A stretch of 63,926 bases of DNA, counting the filler, from Intoshia linei (lineage: Eukaryota; Animalia; Orthonectida), in assembly GCA_001642005.1 (NCBI GenBank). It is 5 parts of 5 records of this genome, joined end to end, with 100 filler letters (N's around TTAATTAATTAA, not from the genome) between each part and the next. Parts side by side here need not be neighbours in the genome. Positions count along the whole stretch, not along the records: positions 1 to 24,289 come from LWCA01000532.1; positions 24,390 to 30,748 come from LWCA01001675.1; 3 more parts are not named here. One strand, given 5' to 3'. The notes below the pieces were generated by a model that was not told where the DNA came from, searched no databases, and saw nothing but the letters and a program-made list of their open reading frames with translations. Below are positions 14,301 to 27,561 of the stretch, one piece after another. Each line of letters starts with the position of its first letter. The stretch's first letter is position 1. The position numbers were made by a program, and so were the translations under genes.

Positions 14301-17029
14301 TTAAGTAGACGTTCGTTTAAAATCATAATGCATAAAACATACTTGAAATAATTTAAGTGATTCATAAATTGGTCTATCTCGCCACGGACTAAAATTCTTG
14401 TTATTCATACCTTGAGTTTCTTCAGCTTTTTGGTGACAAATATATGCACATTTCTTTTTAATTAAAAGTACCGCATATTCATACAACTTTTCAAAATTAT
14501 CTGAGGCATGTGTAACCTTATACGGTTCAAACCCTAAATTTAAAGTAAAACGAATATACACTACGAGAAAAGTGAAAACCCAGTGCAGTATAAATATCAA
14601 TACAGTATCGGATCTAGGGCAGGGCGATCTCATCCTGATAAATGTGGCCTAAATTTTTTATATATCCCATCCTATTGTGTTTATTATTATTAACATTATA
14701 CCAGTGATTCTTAACTCGTGCGCCGCAAAGATATTTAAGTTTATTTTATAAAAAAGTTTATAAATTAGTTTCAAACTTTTACATTGACAATTCTCTAATT
14801 AACGTTTTTTAATGTACTATTGAATATAACAATATATTTATATCCAATAATATCAATACATTTCATCATACATTAAAAGTTCTTAACTAAATTTAAATTA
14901 ACCAAATAAAAGTATTTTTTCATTATTTGAACAATTTCGAATATCGATGTGCTTTTTCTTATCAAAATTTTTTTTATGTATTTCACAAGTACGCCCTGAA
15001 GTAAAAAAGGTTAAGCACTGCATTGTACGTATATTGTGTTTATTAATATATGTAGGTATATATATGTACACCACTAATGTCATTTATTTAATTATTTATA
15101 AATTTGCAAGATCCTCGATTGTATACTATTTTATTTAATAATAAAAGTGAAAAATGAATAATTAATTTGGACCGGTCTACCTTTTACAGGACTACTTCTA
15201 TCTATAAAATTTTTGGCGCATTTCGACTTTAACAAAGCACTAAACAATGTCTCGTGAACATACCCAACCATTTAACAATACTAAAAATTTCATCAACAAA
15301 TCGCTTTTCTTCTTTACACGGATTTGTATCATCATATCTCAAATAACAGTGCCCATTTGTGTGCTATATAAAATAGATTAAATACTCAATTAAAAATTAG
15401 ATTAAAACCTTGGCATACGAAAAATTTAAATTGATGGCTTTAGCGTGGCCAATATGAAGTAAACCATTTGGCTCAGGAGGAAATCGTGTTATAACCTAAA
15501 CCTTGTAAAAATAATAATTAAAAAACGAATAACCTTTCCACCGGTAGCATTTAAGTGATCCTTCATTAGTCCATCTGTAAATAGTGTTTTGATGTACCCA
15601 GACGTAAATTCGTTTCCTCCAGGCTTATGAAAATGCGCCGCTTCACCACCAACATCGAATTCAATCAAAAGACTATCCTTTGACACTAAAATGTAAACTA
15701 TTAACAAAGGTTGATTGAAAAATGTAAAATAATTTCAACGCTTGTCTAAGATTTTAGTCAATTTTTATTTTAATCTGGGTCAAATCTACATGTCACCAAA
15801 TTTTTCAAAATTTACGATATTTAAATTATTAAAAAAATATATAGAGAAACTCGTTCCTGTTATTAATAGTTAGATTGTATGCTCTACAAAAACAAGTTAG
15901 ACAACAATAAAATTAAATACCAATTTTAACATTATTTGACTTTTGCTCTTTGACGTTTTTTTCTTTCAACTATTTACATTATTAGAATAAAAACTGTATT
16001 TTAAAAAATAAATATTATAAAAATGAATCACTTCATCATCGTTAATAGGTCCATACATGACAATAATCTATAATAAATATTACATCAAAAAGACACATTA
16101 ACCTTGTCCATGAGCAAATCTTTGACAATATCAAAATCACAAAATCTATACCTTTTTTTAACTTCACCTAGAAATATAATCATTGATATATTAATATAAC
16201 ACAGTGAATTGATTAATTAATATAAAAAATAATTTAATTGACATACCGACCAAAACTGGTATTTTAAGTGATGAACGTTTAGTATCGAAAACGTGGCAAT
16301 TTTTTTTTAATAAATCTACAACCTAAATAATAGTTCTTTCAACGCGGTTAAAATAAGTTACACAAATTTCCAATACTCTGAAAGAGGGCACTTGTTTTCT
16401 ACCAGCCAATTGATCAAATTCGCAAACAATAAACTCTTTTTTGTTTTTAACGATATTTCTAATATAAGAAATGGCTCCTAAAATTATATTAAATTATTAA
16501 AAATGTCATTTTTAACGAATATAAAGCATGGTTTAATGCAGTAGTCGCCAAACCTTGTCAATAAAAACAGTGTTCATTGAACACCTGTGTACCCCTATGT
16601 TCGACAGTGTTGGTATATTATTATAAATTAAATAATAATAACAATTATCTGTCGATATATTAAAAAGGGAAATAATTATAATTCAAAAAATTTATTTCAT
16701 TACTATTACTTAATATTATTAGATTAACAATTGTAAATAATCGTGGATCCATGAAAAATTAAAATTTGAAAAGTGGTTGTAACGACCTTCCATAATCTCA
16801 AATTTTTTCATTCCCAAGGTAAATATATCTAACTTTTGTAACCTCATTTAAATTAAAAATTTCTATTAATATTGAAACCTCTTAATTGCGTTTCATTTGA
16901 AATATTTCTATTTACAATATATTCAAATAATCGATGTCTATGTTCATTAATATTATCTAACGAAGATTCCAAAATTTTAACAATTAAATTATTAAACAAG
17001 GCAAATTTCCACATTGAAATGACAATTAA
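8355..17029 (-). CDS. QARS1: Glutaminyl-tRNA synthetase, eukaryotic type, about 20 exons
   Basis: Exons encode [10 protein letters not shown] (~15530-15690), [25 protein letters not shown] (HIGH motif), [120 protein letters not shown] and the terminal [14 protein letters not shown] (stop 8355-8357). Exons of the eukaryotic N-terminal appended domain lie at ~15920-17029. Confidence 0.95.
11666..13122 (+). mobile_element. Decayed Tc1-like transposon in a GlnRS intron
   Basis: TIRs TACTCCCTTGCAGCAATTTTGCA and TGCAAAATTGCTGCGAGGGAGTC flanked by TA. Broken transposase motifs [24 protein letters not shown] and [12 protein letters not shown]. Confidence 0.85.
13553..13968. mobile_element. hAT MITE
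   Basis: TIR CAGGATGG/CCATCCTG, TSD AAATATAT/ACATATAT, subterminal GCGGCC motifs. Confidence 0.75.
14031..14305. mobile_element. MITE with ~29-bp perfect inverted termini
   Basis: CTTAAATCCAACCATTTTTACTAAAAATC and GATTTTTAGTAAAAATGGTTGGATTTAAG. A second left end lies at ~36810. Confidence 0.75.
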
Positions 17030-17089
17030 CTATAATGTAATTTTATAATTAATTAATTATAAAAATGCAACTAAAAACAAAAGTTCAAC

Positions 17090-18419
17090 CTTTTTATTTC
17101 CTATTTTTATTATTGGACACAAAGCATCCAAAGAAAGTTTTGACATCTCAGAAACATTATCAAAAGTATATATAAATCCATCCTTGGATGATTTTTTTGT
17201 TGTAAATTTTGTAAAATTTGTATTCTAAATAATTGTAAATTAAATAAAATAAAATTATTATTAGCAATTATAAATTGTAAATATTTCGTGTTTCAAAATT
17301 ATGAAATAGTTTTTTAAGAGATTAAACTCAGTGTTTTCAAAGGGATTCACATTATATAAAAGGAGCTCACCGCTAAATTAATGTATTATTTCAGTAATTT
17401 ATTTACTACAGTAAACTCTTTTGAGTTGTTCTTATAGAGAGAGTTAAACATTAATTTAGTGCATAATGAAAATGTGAGTACATTAGTGCAGAAAATTTAC
17501 TAAATTATGGAAATATTAAAAACTGTTCTTATAGACAGAGATTATAGATGAATCCTATTATTTCGATATATAACCGTGTAGAATTGTTACAATTTTGTGT
17601 TGTAGTTGTACCATAATAATATGTATTAAATTTCAAAAATATTTTAGAAATTAGAGGAAAAAAATTGTCTAATTAAGTGATTAATATTTAAATTATCTTT
17701 AATAATTAAAGTATATAACATAATAAATAATTTTTAAATTTTTTCTAAGATGTTTATTCCTTTGAGAAATATTGATTTAAATTATAAAAATAAAAAATAT
17801 TTGAAAAAAAATATACCTGTGAAATAGACGAAAAATATGCTTGAATATCAGCAATATCAAAATCATCAATGTTAAAAACAACCCAATTTCGTTCGATAAA
17901 CTTGATATGTGATTTGGTAAAAGGTTTTAAAATACTCTTTGCAATAATTAAATAATCTTTCAACACGTGTAGATTTTTAGAAATCGTCTAATTAAAATAA
18001 TAAAAATTTAAATGTAATAATAGCCATTATATAAAAATGCCAAAAAAAAAACTACGTAAAATTAAAACTAAAAAATTAGATCAGTAATGATAAAACAATT
18101 TTCAATATTTCTAATGTCACAATTTCCCACTAAAAATTCGTGGTACTGATAAACTGGTAAAATAATCTGGAATGTCACGTATCGGCTTAAAGTTACTCTA
18201 AAAATAACCTTTAACCGTGACTCGTCATTATTGAATTCAATCTTGGCAAAAAGTATTTCGTTTTTTTCCGTAAAACAAGACACATTATCAACAGTTCCAA
18301 ATTTTTGAAAATAGTGTTTAATTTGTGCTAATTAATAAAAAATTAATTCATAAATATTTTTAATTGATACCCTCAGTAGTTTCAGGATTAAAACAACCCA
18401 CAAGAATAATTTTATTCAT
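17090..18419 (-). CDS. Four exons encoding one clear and one degenerate RRM-like domain; either the N-terminus of the GlnRS transcript or a separate adjacent gene
   Basis: Spliced reading: MNKIILVGCFNPETTE|AQIKHYFQKFGTVDNVSCFTEKNEILFAKIEFNNDESRLK|TISKNLHVLKDYLII...DIADIQAYFSSISQ|NTNF...KIGNKK. It has RNP2-like IILVGCF, helix TTEAQIKHYFQKFG and RNP1-like FAKIEF. All junctions are GT-AG and in phase. Confidence 0.65.
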
Positions 18420-18528
18420 AGTAATAAGTATTTTTATATTTAGTCAAAAATATTTATACGGAAATATATGGCGATAAATAATTTTGTATACAAAATTTAA
18501 TTTGAATTTTACTTTAGTAATAAAAAAA
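18420..18528. promoter_or_regulatory. Putative 109-bp bidirectional promoter between the RRM/GlnRS and ABCB7 start codons
   Basis: Head-to-head ATGs at 18419 (-) and 18529 (+). The only GC-containing patch is CGGAAATATATGGCG; assigning it to particular factors would be speculative. Confidence 0.5.
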
Positions 18529-21500
18529 ATGTTAAAATATTTTAATATTAGGCCTCTTTTAAATAATTATATCAAGTATAAGTATCAAACTGGTTTTGTA
18601 TGTTTCTAAATGTCTTTAAAATTAAATTATACTAAAATCATATTAATCCTATCGAATTAATTAATTTTTCTAGAAACTGAAATGCTCTCTATCCCGTTCT
18701 AATCAATCAGGTTTTAGAATTATCTAAATTTCAATTTCTCAATCATTACAATTTGAATCTTATCTATTTATCACAATCTAGGTAAAACAACTAAAATTAC
18801 TTCTAATCAGATAATACGAAATATGCTTAAATCGGTATGGCCCCATGATAATAAAAGTCACAAAATCAAAGTTGTTATTTCTGTCATGCTTTTAGCATCT
18901 TCAAAGGTTTACATTGATTATTTTTATTTTTAAACTTATTCATTTTATCAAGTAGGCTCTCAATGTATGCGTTCCTTTCATTTACAAGCACTTGATTGAT
19001 TCGTTTAATTGCTCTACTGATAATGGATTGTTATCATTTTTATCAACCTTTGATTTTGTCAGTCTAACTACAGCAATTATTTTACTATGTACTATAATTA
19101 CTATTATATTAATTAACAAAAAATTACGAATCTGTTTTCAATTTTGTTTTGATATTCAAAAAAATAAAATTAAAAATGTACGAAATATAAAATATTACCT
19201 GTCTTGAAAATTTTTCAATTGGCGCATTATATTTAATTTAATTTTTATTTATTTTAAATTTAAAATGTAGATTAATGTCTTATTTTACTCTTTTGAATAA
19301 ACAATTTGATAATTGTAATAGTGAAACTGATACATTTAGAATGTAGTATAACAATTTTAATAATTAATTTTAATGAGATATTAAAAAAAACATGTGGAAC
19401 TATTTGTTACATTCATAAGTTACCTTCTCAACACTTTTTTACCGCAATTTTGAAATTCAAGTAAACAGGTAATATTCATTAGATTTGATTTATATTTTAT
19501 AAGATTAATTTGTTTTTGTACAATTGAGGGTAAATTTGATTTTTTTATATGTTTACTTGTATAAATTTGTATATCATTAATATAGTTGGGTTAACTCGTA
19601 TATCTGCGTCAGTTTTGAATGAATTGCGTAGTGCTTTATTTTCAACCGTATCTCAAAACTCACTACGAACTTTATCCAGGAAAATGTTTCTGCATTTACA
19701 TTCACTAGATCTGTCATTTCACCTTGAAAATAAAACTGCTGCATTGACTAGAGTTGTAGATCGTGGTACAAGGTATGTGATAGTTTATTTTAATAATTTT
19801 TTTCAGAGGACTTGCGTTTGCATTAAATGCACTAGTTTTCAATATATTTCCAACAATTTTTGAAGTTTCACTTGTTACGTTCATTTTGGTATGTTTATTT
19901 TAAATTTTTATTGTTAACAAAGTATTTAATGATTTTATCAAGTCCATAATTTTCAATATTAAATATTAAATTAAATTATGAGGATCGTTGTAAACAGGGA
20001 TGCACACTGCATACCAATTTACGATGATTTGTAGGCCAGTAAAAATTTTCATCGTATACAAAAAATTTAAATTAATTAGTCGATAATTTAATTTAACTCG
20101 ATCAAGTTTTATCCTTACTTTTTTACATTTGCGTAAACATGTATACTAAAAATTGTGCAGAACTGCTGCAAGCAGGCCAAAATGCGCTCAAAATTATACA
20201 TGTTTAATTTTAATACATCAGTTTTAGTATTACAAATTCAATTACAAATATTCATGTGTTGCCTTAAGTTTTGTTTCCTGTTACGCCATTTTTACGTTAC
20301 TAACTACAGCATGGAGGTAATTTCATAAATACAGTCAATCTTGTTCAATATGAACATGAGGTACCAAATTTTATTAGTTTTCATATTATCGTGGTAAGTG
20401 AACAATGAAAAAGATATAGAAAAAACAATTGCAGTTCAAATTAAATTAATTTAAAAAATAAAAAAATGTTCATTATGTGTGATATTCATGTTGAACAGGG
20501 TTGCTGTATATAAGATTTAGAAGAAAATTAAGTTAGTCCATTTAAAGTACAATTTTATTGTACGGTTATATAATATACATTTTTTTATTTTGTTTAGAAC
20601 AAAATTTCGACTTAAGATGAATGAAGCGGATCAAAAATCAGGTGAAACTGTTATTGATTCCTTAATAAACTTTGAGACTGTCAAGGTTATTATTTTTCTT
20701 AAAACATATAAAAGAAGAAGAAGGGCACAATACGCCCGTCACATACCCAAACTTTTGAATTGCATCGACTCTATATATTTATTGATTTTATAATTTTCGT
20801 CAAAATTATTGTCCAATTATATTAATCATTTAAGACAGAGATTTCTGAGGTGGGCATAGCTATGGGATGATGCTATTAGGATCCATGACAATTGTTTAAA
20901 TTTGAAGATTATTGGGAACTTAAGGACGAAAAATATTATTTTTATGTTTTGAAATGTAAAATTTATAATGAATACGACAATTAATGCCTTGATCACAAAA
21001 CTTCCTTTCAGAACCACCCTTAGAGGAGTTAAAAAAATTCTGACAAAATGTATTTGTTTGAAGATGAAGAATATTATATGATCTGATTGTAATGAAAATG
21101 GTATTTCGCGTCACCTACTTTCACGACCATTGATTTAAAGCATGTAGAAATTATTTGTAGAGTTTTCAGATTTATATATTGCAAATGGGATCCACAACAT
21201 AAACGTTTTACTCTTTGTTTAGTGGGAAATCGAATCCTATTAACCATTTATAGAGATTTTTAAATTATATTCATATTTATAAAAATTATTTACAAACAAT
21301 AAAAAAAAATATTTTTTTTGTTTTTGTTAAAAACGAAAATTTGTTTTAAGGTGAATCTTAAATTCCAAATTTTTAGGCCTTATTCCAAATTCTAAAAGGG
21401 CCTGACATCAGTGATGTCACATCACTAAATGAACTTGAAAAGATGCTGTAAATGGCTTTTTTGTTCCAATTTGTAAATTTTTACTGTTCTGTTGTTAGTG

Positions 21501-23064
21501 TAGCGTAAATAAAACATTTTGAGAAGCAATCTATTCTAAGATACATGCATCTAATTTATAATCGATATTATAAGTTGTTTCATTGAACAAAATCAGTCCT
21601 GGTCCAGGACTCCTGGTAAATATTATTAATATTTATTTTGTAGTATTTCAACAATGAAAATCACGAAGCTAACAAAAATGACAAACATTTGGCTGAATAC
21701 GAGAAACAAACTATATATTCATACTCTAGTTTGTCATTTTTAAATGGAGGACAAGGATTTATTGTTAGTGTGGGAATGATTACACTTATGTGCATGGTGG
21801 CCACTGAAATTACAAATGGTTATATTTTGATGCTATACATGCACCCTTAAAATGAGTCGGTGTACCATTTATTACACCAACAGGCTTAATTTTATAACTA
21901 TCTAAATTCGATAAATCTATTTAGGTAACATGTCTGTGGGAGATTTAGTTCTAGTAAATAGCTTATTATTTCAATTAGCAATACCGCTAAGTTTTTTGGG
22001 TTCAGTGTACCGAGACCTTAAACAGAGTTTGGTAGATATGGACAAAATGTTTAAACTTCTTTATTTAACACCGGCGATTCAAGTAATTGTTTAATTAATA
22101 ATTTGACTTGGTAAATCTAGGACAAACCTGGAATGCCTCATTTATTAATGGAAAGAAATATGCCACCATCAGTTCAATTTGACAATGTTTCGTTTTCTTA
22201 TAATGATAAAGAACTACTATTTGACAAATTAAACTTTACAATCAAGTCTGGAGAAAAAGTAGCATTTATGGGAACTAGTGGCTCAGGGTAACTTTTAAGC
22301 GAGCTATTAACTATAAACTTCTATACTATATAGTAAATCCACAATTTTGCGCCTACTTTATCGGTTTTACGATCCATCTGACGGTAAAATTTTAATAAAT
22401 GACAAAAACATAAAAGATGTGTCTTTGTCTAGCTTACGCAAGATTATAGGAATTGTTCCTCAGGTAATTTCAAATTTTGTGAACATGTTTGAAATGATTT
22501 TAGGATGTAGTTTTATTCCAGGATACTATTTTATACAATATACTGTACGGAAATATGCATGCTTCTTTTGATGATGTTATTAGAGCGACTAAAATTGCAA
22601 ACATTTACGATTCTATACTTAGTTGGCCCGATGGTTTTAAGACTAGGGTAGGACAAAGAGGACTGCAATTATCTGGTAAGAACACTATGTAATTTTAAAA
22701 CGAATAATTATCTAAAATTTCAGGTGGAGAAAGGCAACGTATTGCGATAGCTCGCACAATTTTAAAAAATCCAAATATTATCGGTTTTGATGAAGCCACT
22801 TCTAGTGTAGATACAATAACTGAAACGGTTTTATAATTTTATAGAAAATTTTTTATTTTATAATAGAAAATTAAACGTGCTTTAAACGAATTTTCCTCAT
22901 CTCGAACAGCTATTTATATTGCACACCGACTTTCAACTATACGGAATGTAGATAATATTTTTATACTTGAAAATGGAAATATCATTGAACAAGGTCCACC
23001 AAATTTTATAAAAGAAAACAAAATATTTCAAAATTATACCAATAAAACAAATACAAATACCTAA
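18529..23064 (+). CDS. ABCB7: Mitochondrial ABC half-transporter ABCB7/ATM1 (Fe-S cluster export), about 15 exons
   Basis: Exons: [18 protein letters not shown]; [11 protein letters not shown]; [13 protein letters not shown]; [29 protein letters not shown]; [24 protein letters not shown]|YFNNE; [28 protein letters not shown]; Walker A GTSGSG|KST; signature LS|GGERQR; DEATSSVD; IAHRLST. Stop at 23062-23064. Confidence 0.95.
20332..20506. mobile_element. TA-flanked Tc1/mariner-type MITE in an ABCB7 intron
   Basis: TA|CAGTCAATCTTGTTCAATATGAA and TTCATGTTGAACAGGGTTGCTG|TA. Confidence 0.65.
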
Positions 23065-23328
23065 CTTTAAAATTTTATAAATACAACATACATTATAATT
23101 AGGGCAAGCAAAAGTCAGAAAAGTTAAAATTTGATATGTTAAATAGTTTAACATTTCCAGCATGATGGCACCAATATCGTCAATATTAATTGGCTAATTA
23201 AAATTTTATAAAGTTAAAATTTTTTCCAAATGTTAGAATTTTTTTTAAAAGTTAATGAAGTTAGATTTTGAAATATTCAATTTTATTACATGTGCATTGT
23301 TTTTAAATTTTAATCTAATAATCAGTTA

Positions 23329-24289
23329 ATGCTTAAATTTCCAAAGTCGAGACAAGAAAAAATTAATAATATTTTAAGAATATTTCTAAATGAATTTAAA
23401 ATGAAGGACGGCAGTTTAATTTGTATCAAATGCAATTGTGATGTCTCATTTGAAAAATTATATTATGTGCAGAGTCATAGGTCGTCTGTTAAACACAAAT
23501 CATTAACTTTGAATGATACTACTTCAATCCGTAAATATTGTAAATTAAAAAGTAATTTTGTCATTGACATAGTAGAACTTTTTGCCTCGGTAGACATACC
23601 CTTATACAAGTTAAACAACAAAAAGTTAAAGGAATTTTTTACCAACAAGGGCAAATCGTTACCATCTGAAAACAATTGTGGTAAAATCGACCAGGTATAT
23701 TTGAAGGAAATTGAAAAGATAAAATCGTGTTGTAAAGATGAATTAATATTTATGATGGATGAAACCGATTTAAACGATGTTAAATATATAAATATAATTG
23801 TGGGTACTTTGAAAAACCCCCAAAATTTAATGCTGTTTGACTGTGAAATGATTAATACAAACATGAATGGTTAAATTGTTCTACATAATGTGGACGACAT
23901 TGCCAAATCTTTAAATATAAAGAGGAAAAATTTTTTTTATTCGTACTAATTATGCACGGTAATTTTAATTTTTTTATCAATTGCAAATATATATAATATC
24001 AATACATCGATCACATCACAATTGAAAATGCTGTATCCAAATTTATTCAATGTTACTTGCATAAGCCATCTAATGCATAACTGTTGCATGAAGCTTCGAC
24101 AGAAATATACAATTGTTGACAAACTCATTAGCAGCATAAAATTTCTTACATTAAAGAATAAATCGCTCTGCGAATTGTTTTATGACATTGGTTATCCACC
24201 CAGACCGGTGATTACAAGGTGGGGTACTTGGCTTAAAGCCAGTGTTTACTATATCAACAAATTTGAATTGGTAAAAAAAATTGTAGATG
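23329..24289 (+). mobile_element. Degenerate CGGBP1-like/hAT-related transposase (zinc finger plus DDE), truncated by an assembly gap
   Basis: LICIKCNCDV...QSHRSSVKH zinc finger, FASVDIPLYKL, MMDET, VTCISHLMH and PPRPVITRWGTWLKA. Intronless, with stops and frameshifts. Confidence 0.8.
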
Positions 24290-25548
24290 NNNNNNNNNNN
24301 NNNNNNNNNNNNNNNNNNNNNNNNNNNNNNNNNTTAATTAATTAANNNNNNNNNNNNNNNNNNNNNNNNNNNNNNNNNNNNNNNNNNNNTCCTTTGTATA
24401 AAATAATATTAATGATATTATTACGGTAACTAGGAGACAAATTTCCCTCTATCCTTCAGAATATACATTTTGCAATTCGGTCTATTATTTAAAAATAAAA
24501 CCTAGCAGAAATTTTTTTAAAACTGTAAAAATGTTGTTCTGTGTAATACTGTATTATAAAAAAAACTAACAATAGATAAATAAACTTTTCCAATTTCTAA
24601 TATAAATGTAATATCATGCACGCAATTTATAATAAACAAATTGTCTCGAATATTCCCGAGCGATCTACATATATAGATTAAATATGAGTATATCAATGAT
24701 GAAAAGCCCATGTTTTGTTACTTAAAGTTAAACTAAAGTGGCCAGATATACGTATTTTGGCAAAAGTACATATTTTTTTAAGTTAAAAATACGTACTCGA
24801 TAATTTCTATGTAAACGTAAAAATTTTACTGTATAAATTTGTATAGAAAGATGTTTACGTTTTATTTGAAATAAACTTTCTCAATTGTAATTAAATTAAA
24901 AGCACACTTTATCGATATTTTTCAATTTCAAATTTAATTAGTAAATAATTATTTCAAAATAGTCAAAAAAATTCTTCTGATTTTTATAAATGTATACTAA
25001 ATAACCATGATTTATGTCTAAAAATTATATCTAATGATAAATACTAATGTAATATAAATGTATAAATAAATATTAATTTAAATTCAATTTTGAGTCGAAA
25101 TTTTAAATTTTATTTCATTTTGGTTTCTAAGTAACTAGTACATATTTAGACTAAATAAAGTGGCCAGAAAAAATACGTACTATCAATTTTAGTTTATTTG
25201 GTGTTAAATGTAAAGCTCAAACTACTTACCTATGATGACGAATAAGAATTTTATATTTTATTAAGTCTTATATACAATTGAACATTTTTTGGTGTATGTT
25301 ACAGTTTAATTAGCAATCCTAGAATTTAAAACAACCAAATTCCCAATACAGTTTTTTGAGTCATGTTTTATCGCAAATTTTATATTCAGAAATTGAATCC
25401 TTCAGTGTCAAAAACCCAAATTAAATTTTTTAAAAAAAAATGGGTTCTAGAATTTTATAAAATATTAGCTTGACTGTTATGTACTTCGTACAAACAGCAT
25501 TCTAGCTATGTCAAGGGCAAACGTTTTTAATTTTAACAAAAAAATAAA

Positions 25549-26446
25549 TCCTTACTTATATAAAGTAAAATGGTTTAAAATGTATGTCTGTTTATTTATT
25601 TGTTTTAGTTTATTTAATAAAGTAAGGGGAGTCGAGTTTTACAAATTCCATATTTTTATAACAGTTTTTCCAGAGTGATGTTTTATCGCAAATTTCAATT
25701 TCAGAAATTGAGTCCTTTAAGGTTAAAAACCCAATTGTCCTTTTTTTAAATTCAAACTCGTAATAGAATTATAAAAAATACACATTCTAATAAAAATTTT
25801 AAATTCATCAAATTATGATAATTTTCAATTTCAAAATCTTATATCTTCACGGCCAAAATCGCAAATTACCATTTTTTGTAAAAATTAAGAAAGTCTTATA
25901 ATGTTATACAACATAAATTCTGGAATGGTTTTTAAATTCATAAGCATTATAATAAATGGTAACCTAAGAAAATGTAATTTTCATAGTCAAAAACCCACAT
26001 GACCCTTTTTTTAAAAATGAAAACAGCCCTAAAATTTAAAAATTTTTTAATCTGATTAAGTCTTCATGTGACGCCTTCATGGTCAAAAAAACACTTTAGT
26101 ATTCTTCTTTTTTTATTTGGAAACAATTCTATTAAAACAAAAAATCTGAAATAATTAAAGGTGGTACAATTAAAAAAAAGATTATACTGATACAGGTTAT
26201 TCCAGTAAATACATTTTAACCCCAGAAATCTACGCATTCCCAGTATCGTGGGATAGATATAGTTTTTTTCAAAACTCAGCTATTTAAAATTTTATTTTCT
26301 AAAATGTATATTATTTATGACGATTTTTTAGGATTGTAAATATATTGAATTGATTTTAAAATTATACTCATTTTTTAGAAAATTATTATCAATTTAAAAG
26401 TCGACCTCGGCAGAGTTTTGTACTAAGTATATAACTGTCAAGCTAG
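25549..26446 (+). mobile_element. Non-autonomous Helitron-like element with internal ~130-bp degenerate tandem units
   Basis: 5' end A|TCCTTACTTATATAAAG, 3' end ...CTGTCAAGCTAG|T, no TSD. Shares internal units (AAAACCCAATTGTCCTTTTTTT..TAGAATTTAAAAAA) with many other copies in the window. Confidence 0.65.
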
Positions 26447-27561
26447 TAATCATACACAGTTATAGTTAGTGAGACTTTTCGCGACTTTAAAATACCTGGA
26501 AAATTTAACAGCACCTTCTAGAAATCCGATCCTACTAGTTTTAATATGCAATTTATCTGCATCTGGATGATAAAACAAAATTTTTTGTTCCGGCTATAAA
26601 TTTAAAGATTAGAATGAATTGCCTAGAATTAATTAGTGGTGACTGACCACTAGTCACACAATTTATAATCATTTTCATATACCAAGAGCGCTAAATATCG
26701 CGTGTTTCTATTTTGAATTTAAAATAATGAATACAACTAAACTTGGAAACCCACATAACATATAGATACGGCCATTAAAGTAATATTTTTTTAACAAAGT
26801 TAAGTTTTAATTTTTATATAAAATATTTAATTACGAACCTTTAAATTGACGGACCCACTTCAAAACTACATTTTAATGAAAACTTAGGTGAACATAAACA
26901 AAATATTTCCTAGTTATTTTAAACCTAGAATTTTTGTACGTAGTACATTACAGTCAACCTAGTTAATTTATAAAAAATAAAAAAAATGTATATAAGCATT
27001 CAATAAATATTTATCTCATTCTTGACAATACAGCCCAGTAAACGACATATGCATGAAAAGTTATGATATAATCGAGGTTAGATGCATTTAAATTAAATTT
27101 TAATACATTTTTTAGGTGGATCGAAATAGTTGTATACAGTGAAGAAATCTTTGGACAGTAATTTTGTATATAAATAAATTAAATATTAAACTGAATTTTG
27201 ACTTTTTCACTTTTGGGGTGTTCCATCAATGGTATTCTACAATGATTAATAATTACTTGTGTGAGTTCTTTGCACATGTATGGTGCAAAAACGGAAATTT
27301 TCACCAATTCTGATTTGATAAATTTCATTTGAGTAACTATGTAAATTATCAAACTTTAGCTAAATATTTATTATTTTACTTCTTAATTAATGTTGATTAC
27401 AAAGGATAAATCATAAATTATAACAACGTACGTCAATTTACAAATTTACATTTTACGAAAATACAAATTTAGTTTTCAATATTTAATTTTGTACTATGAC
27501 AATTTAATAATGTTTCATATATGAATATATTTTTACGAATAAAGTTTACTAAGTATTACTT

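Noticed and set aside
24290-24389. TTAATTAATTAA embedded in N runs (also at ~30793, ~61014 and ~62577)
   Set aside because: Identical in every gap. It is a scaffolding linker with stops in all frames, not biological sequence.
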